Positions 62,711-64,000 of a stretch of 64,000 nucleotides of DNA are shown here, one piece after another (position 1 is the stretch's first letter; the number at the start of each line of letters is the position of its first letter). A model generated the notes under the pieces. The model was given only the letters and a program-made list of their open reading frames with translations, made no database searches and was not told where the DNA came from. The stretch is taken from NCBI GenBank assembly GCA_037379345.1, contig CM074520.1:7626001-7690000 (forward strand). Reading direction: 5' to 3'. The DNA is from Perna viridis. Its lineage: Eukaryota. The translations under genes were made by a program, and so were the position numbers.

Positions 62711-64000
62711 TGAAATGGATGAGAAAAATGAAGATGAACACATTCTCATGTGCAGATGCACTTAATAAGGATTAATATGTGTGGGTACAAAAATATATCT
62801 CTCATCCTCTGTATTACAGTAATATTCTCCACAAAGCACGGAAAGCTTGATACTCACCCAATAATTTAACTAAACCATTGAATATGCTCATTAGTAAGGG
62901 ACATAGTAATGATATTGTTGTCAAATTGTTAAGGACAGCATATTTTTGGTATTAATATTGATTCTCTCATAGGGTCTTAAAATAGATATCAAAACAATAT
63001 ATTCATGATATATGTACATTTGTATATACCTGCAGAGAAAATGATTAATCTATGTAAATATTTTTACTAGTAATTTGAAACTTGTCTTACTTTGCCAGAC
63101 ATTTCATTTCTATATCTTTTTTACTAGTAAACTTTACAAAGATATTAAACTAGTTGAAATAATTTTCAAGACTATAAATAGTTCAAACTTATTGCAAGAA
63201 CATTTTTCCATTTTCTTTGATCTGTGTATGATTTCTCTATGGACTCTATCCCCCTTCCTATAACCTATACTGTGCCCCCTTTCTGCCCATTTAAAATTAT
63301 CTGAATGGCCCTTTATGATTTCCACTCTTGTAAATAAATTACCCCAAGCCAATTAAGAAGTGTCACCTTCATTAACTACATCCTGTCGTAATTAACCCTC
63401 AGGTAAACCTCAGGTAATTATCAGTGATCAATCAGCTGACCAGGGTTATCGGAAAATGACAAGTAGAAAATGAATCCCTATTGGATCTATAACAATTTTA
63501 TGGACAGCCAATCATTGGTTAATAATTAATTTACACTGCACAATTAATTTTACAAATATTTTCAAGTTAACAGGTCTAAATTTTGTAGAACTACCGGTGT
63601 AAACAATTGCATGATGCACTTGTTTGTTTATTCAAAATGTCAGTTACCTCTAATATAATTTCAATATTTTAAATTTTTTTCTATATCTTCAACAGTAAAG
63701 GACATTTTCTATAAGTTGTAATTGCAATAGTTATAGGAAATAATATTCCTTCTATTTACTCAAGATTTTGATATTTAATTGGAGCAATATTGAATATTTG
63801 TAACATTTCAAGCAACATTTCACCTCATAGTATGTCATTAATGTAAAGAATCACTTGCCCTTCCCCCCCCTGAGTTAACATGCTCCATCATTGCAAAAAC
63901 ATTGACTAATTTGGCCACACAACGACCTGATCATACTGAAATTAATTTCATAACTCTGTCATTGGGGATCTTAAGGCTTCAGTAATACATTTTCAGCTCA

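Noticed and set aside
62160-63035. Candidate donors for a non-coding MED7 first exon (minus-strand GTATGA ~62170, GTGAGT ~62856, GTATAT ~63029)
   Set aside because: Cannot be chosen or bounded without transcript data

Overview
AT-rich eukaryotic genomic DNA, probably from a bivalve mollusc (inferred from the repeat families). It has three spliced protein-coding genes, all on the minus strand, reconstructed by hand with consistent GT-AG sites and intron phases. (1) A soluble guanylate cyclase alpha subunit: 10 coding exons, 33570 to 7336, 734 aa, with a 15.3-kb intron after the first coding exon. (2) An SLC49A4/DIRC2-like lysosomal MFS transporter: 12 coding exons, 56978 to 49312, 501 aa. (3) Mediator subunit MED7: 2 coding exons, 61325 to 60234, 219 aa. 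Introns and intergenic DNA hold about 14 fragments of one Penelope-like (Naiad-type) retroelement family, most ending at the same 3' terminus. There is also a second related family, tRNA-derived and other SINEs, MITEs/fold-backs, Helentron/HINE-like elements, minisatellites and one assembly gap. Four observations stand out: a multi-stem RNA motif with apparent covariation in the retroelement 3' UTR; a ~380-bp inverted repeat pair bracketing sGC exons 2-3; an sGC alpha H-NOX domain that keeps the proximal heme His; and a MITE with clustered E-box/CLEAR-like sites beside the lysosomal transporter gene. Family names come from motif recognition, not database searches.
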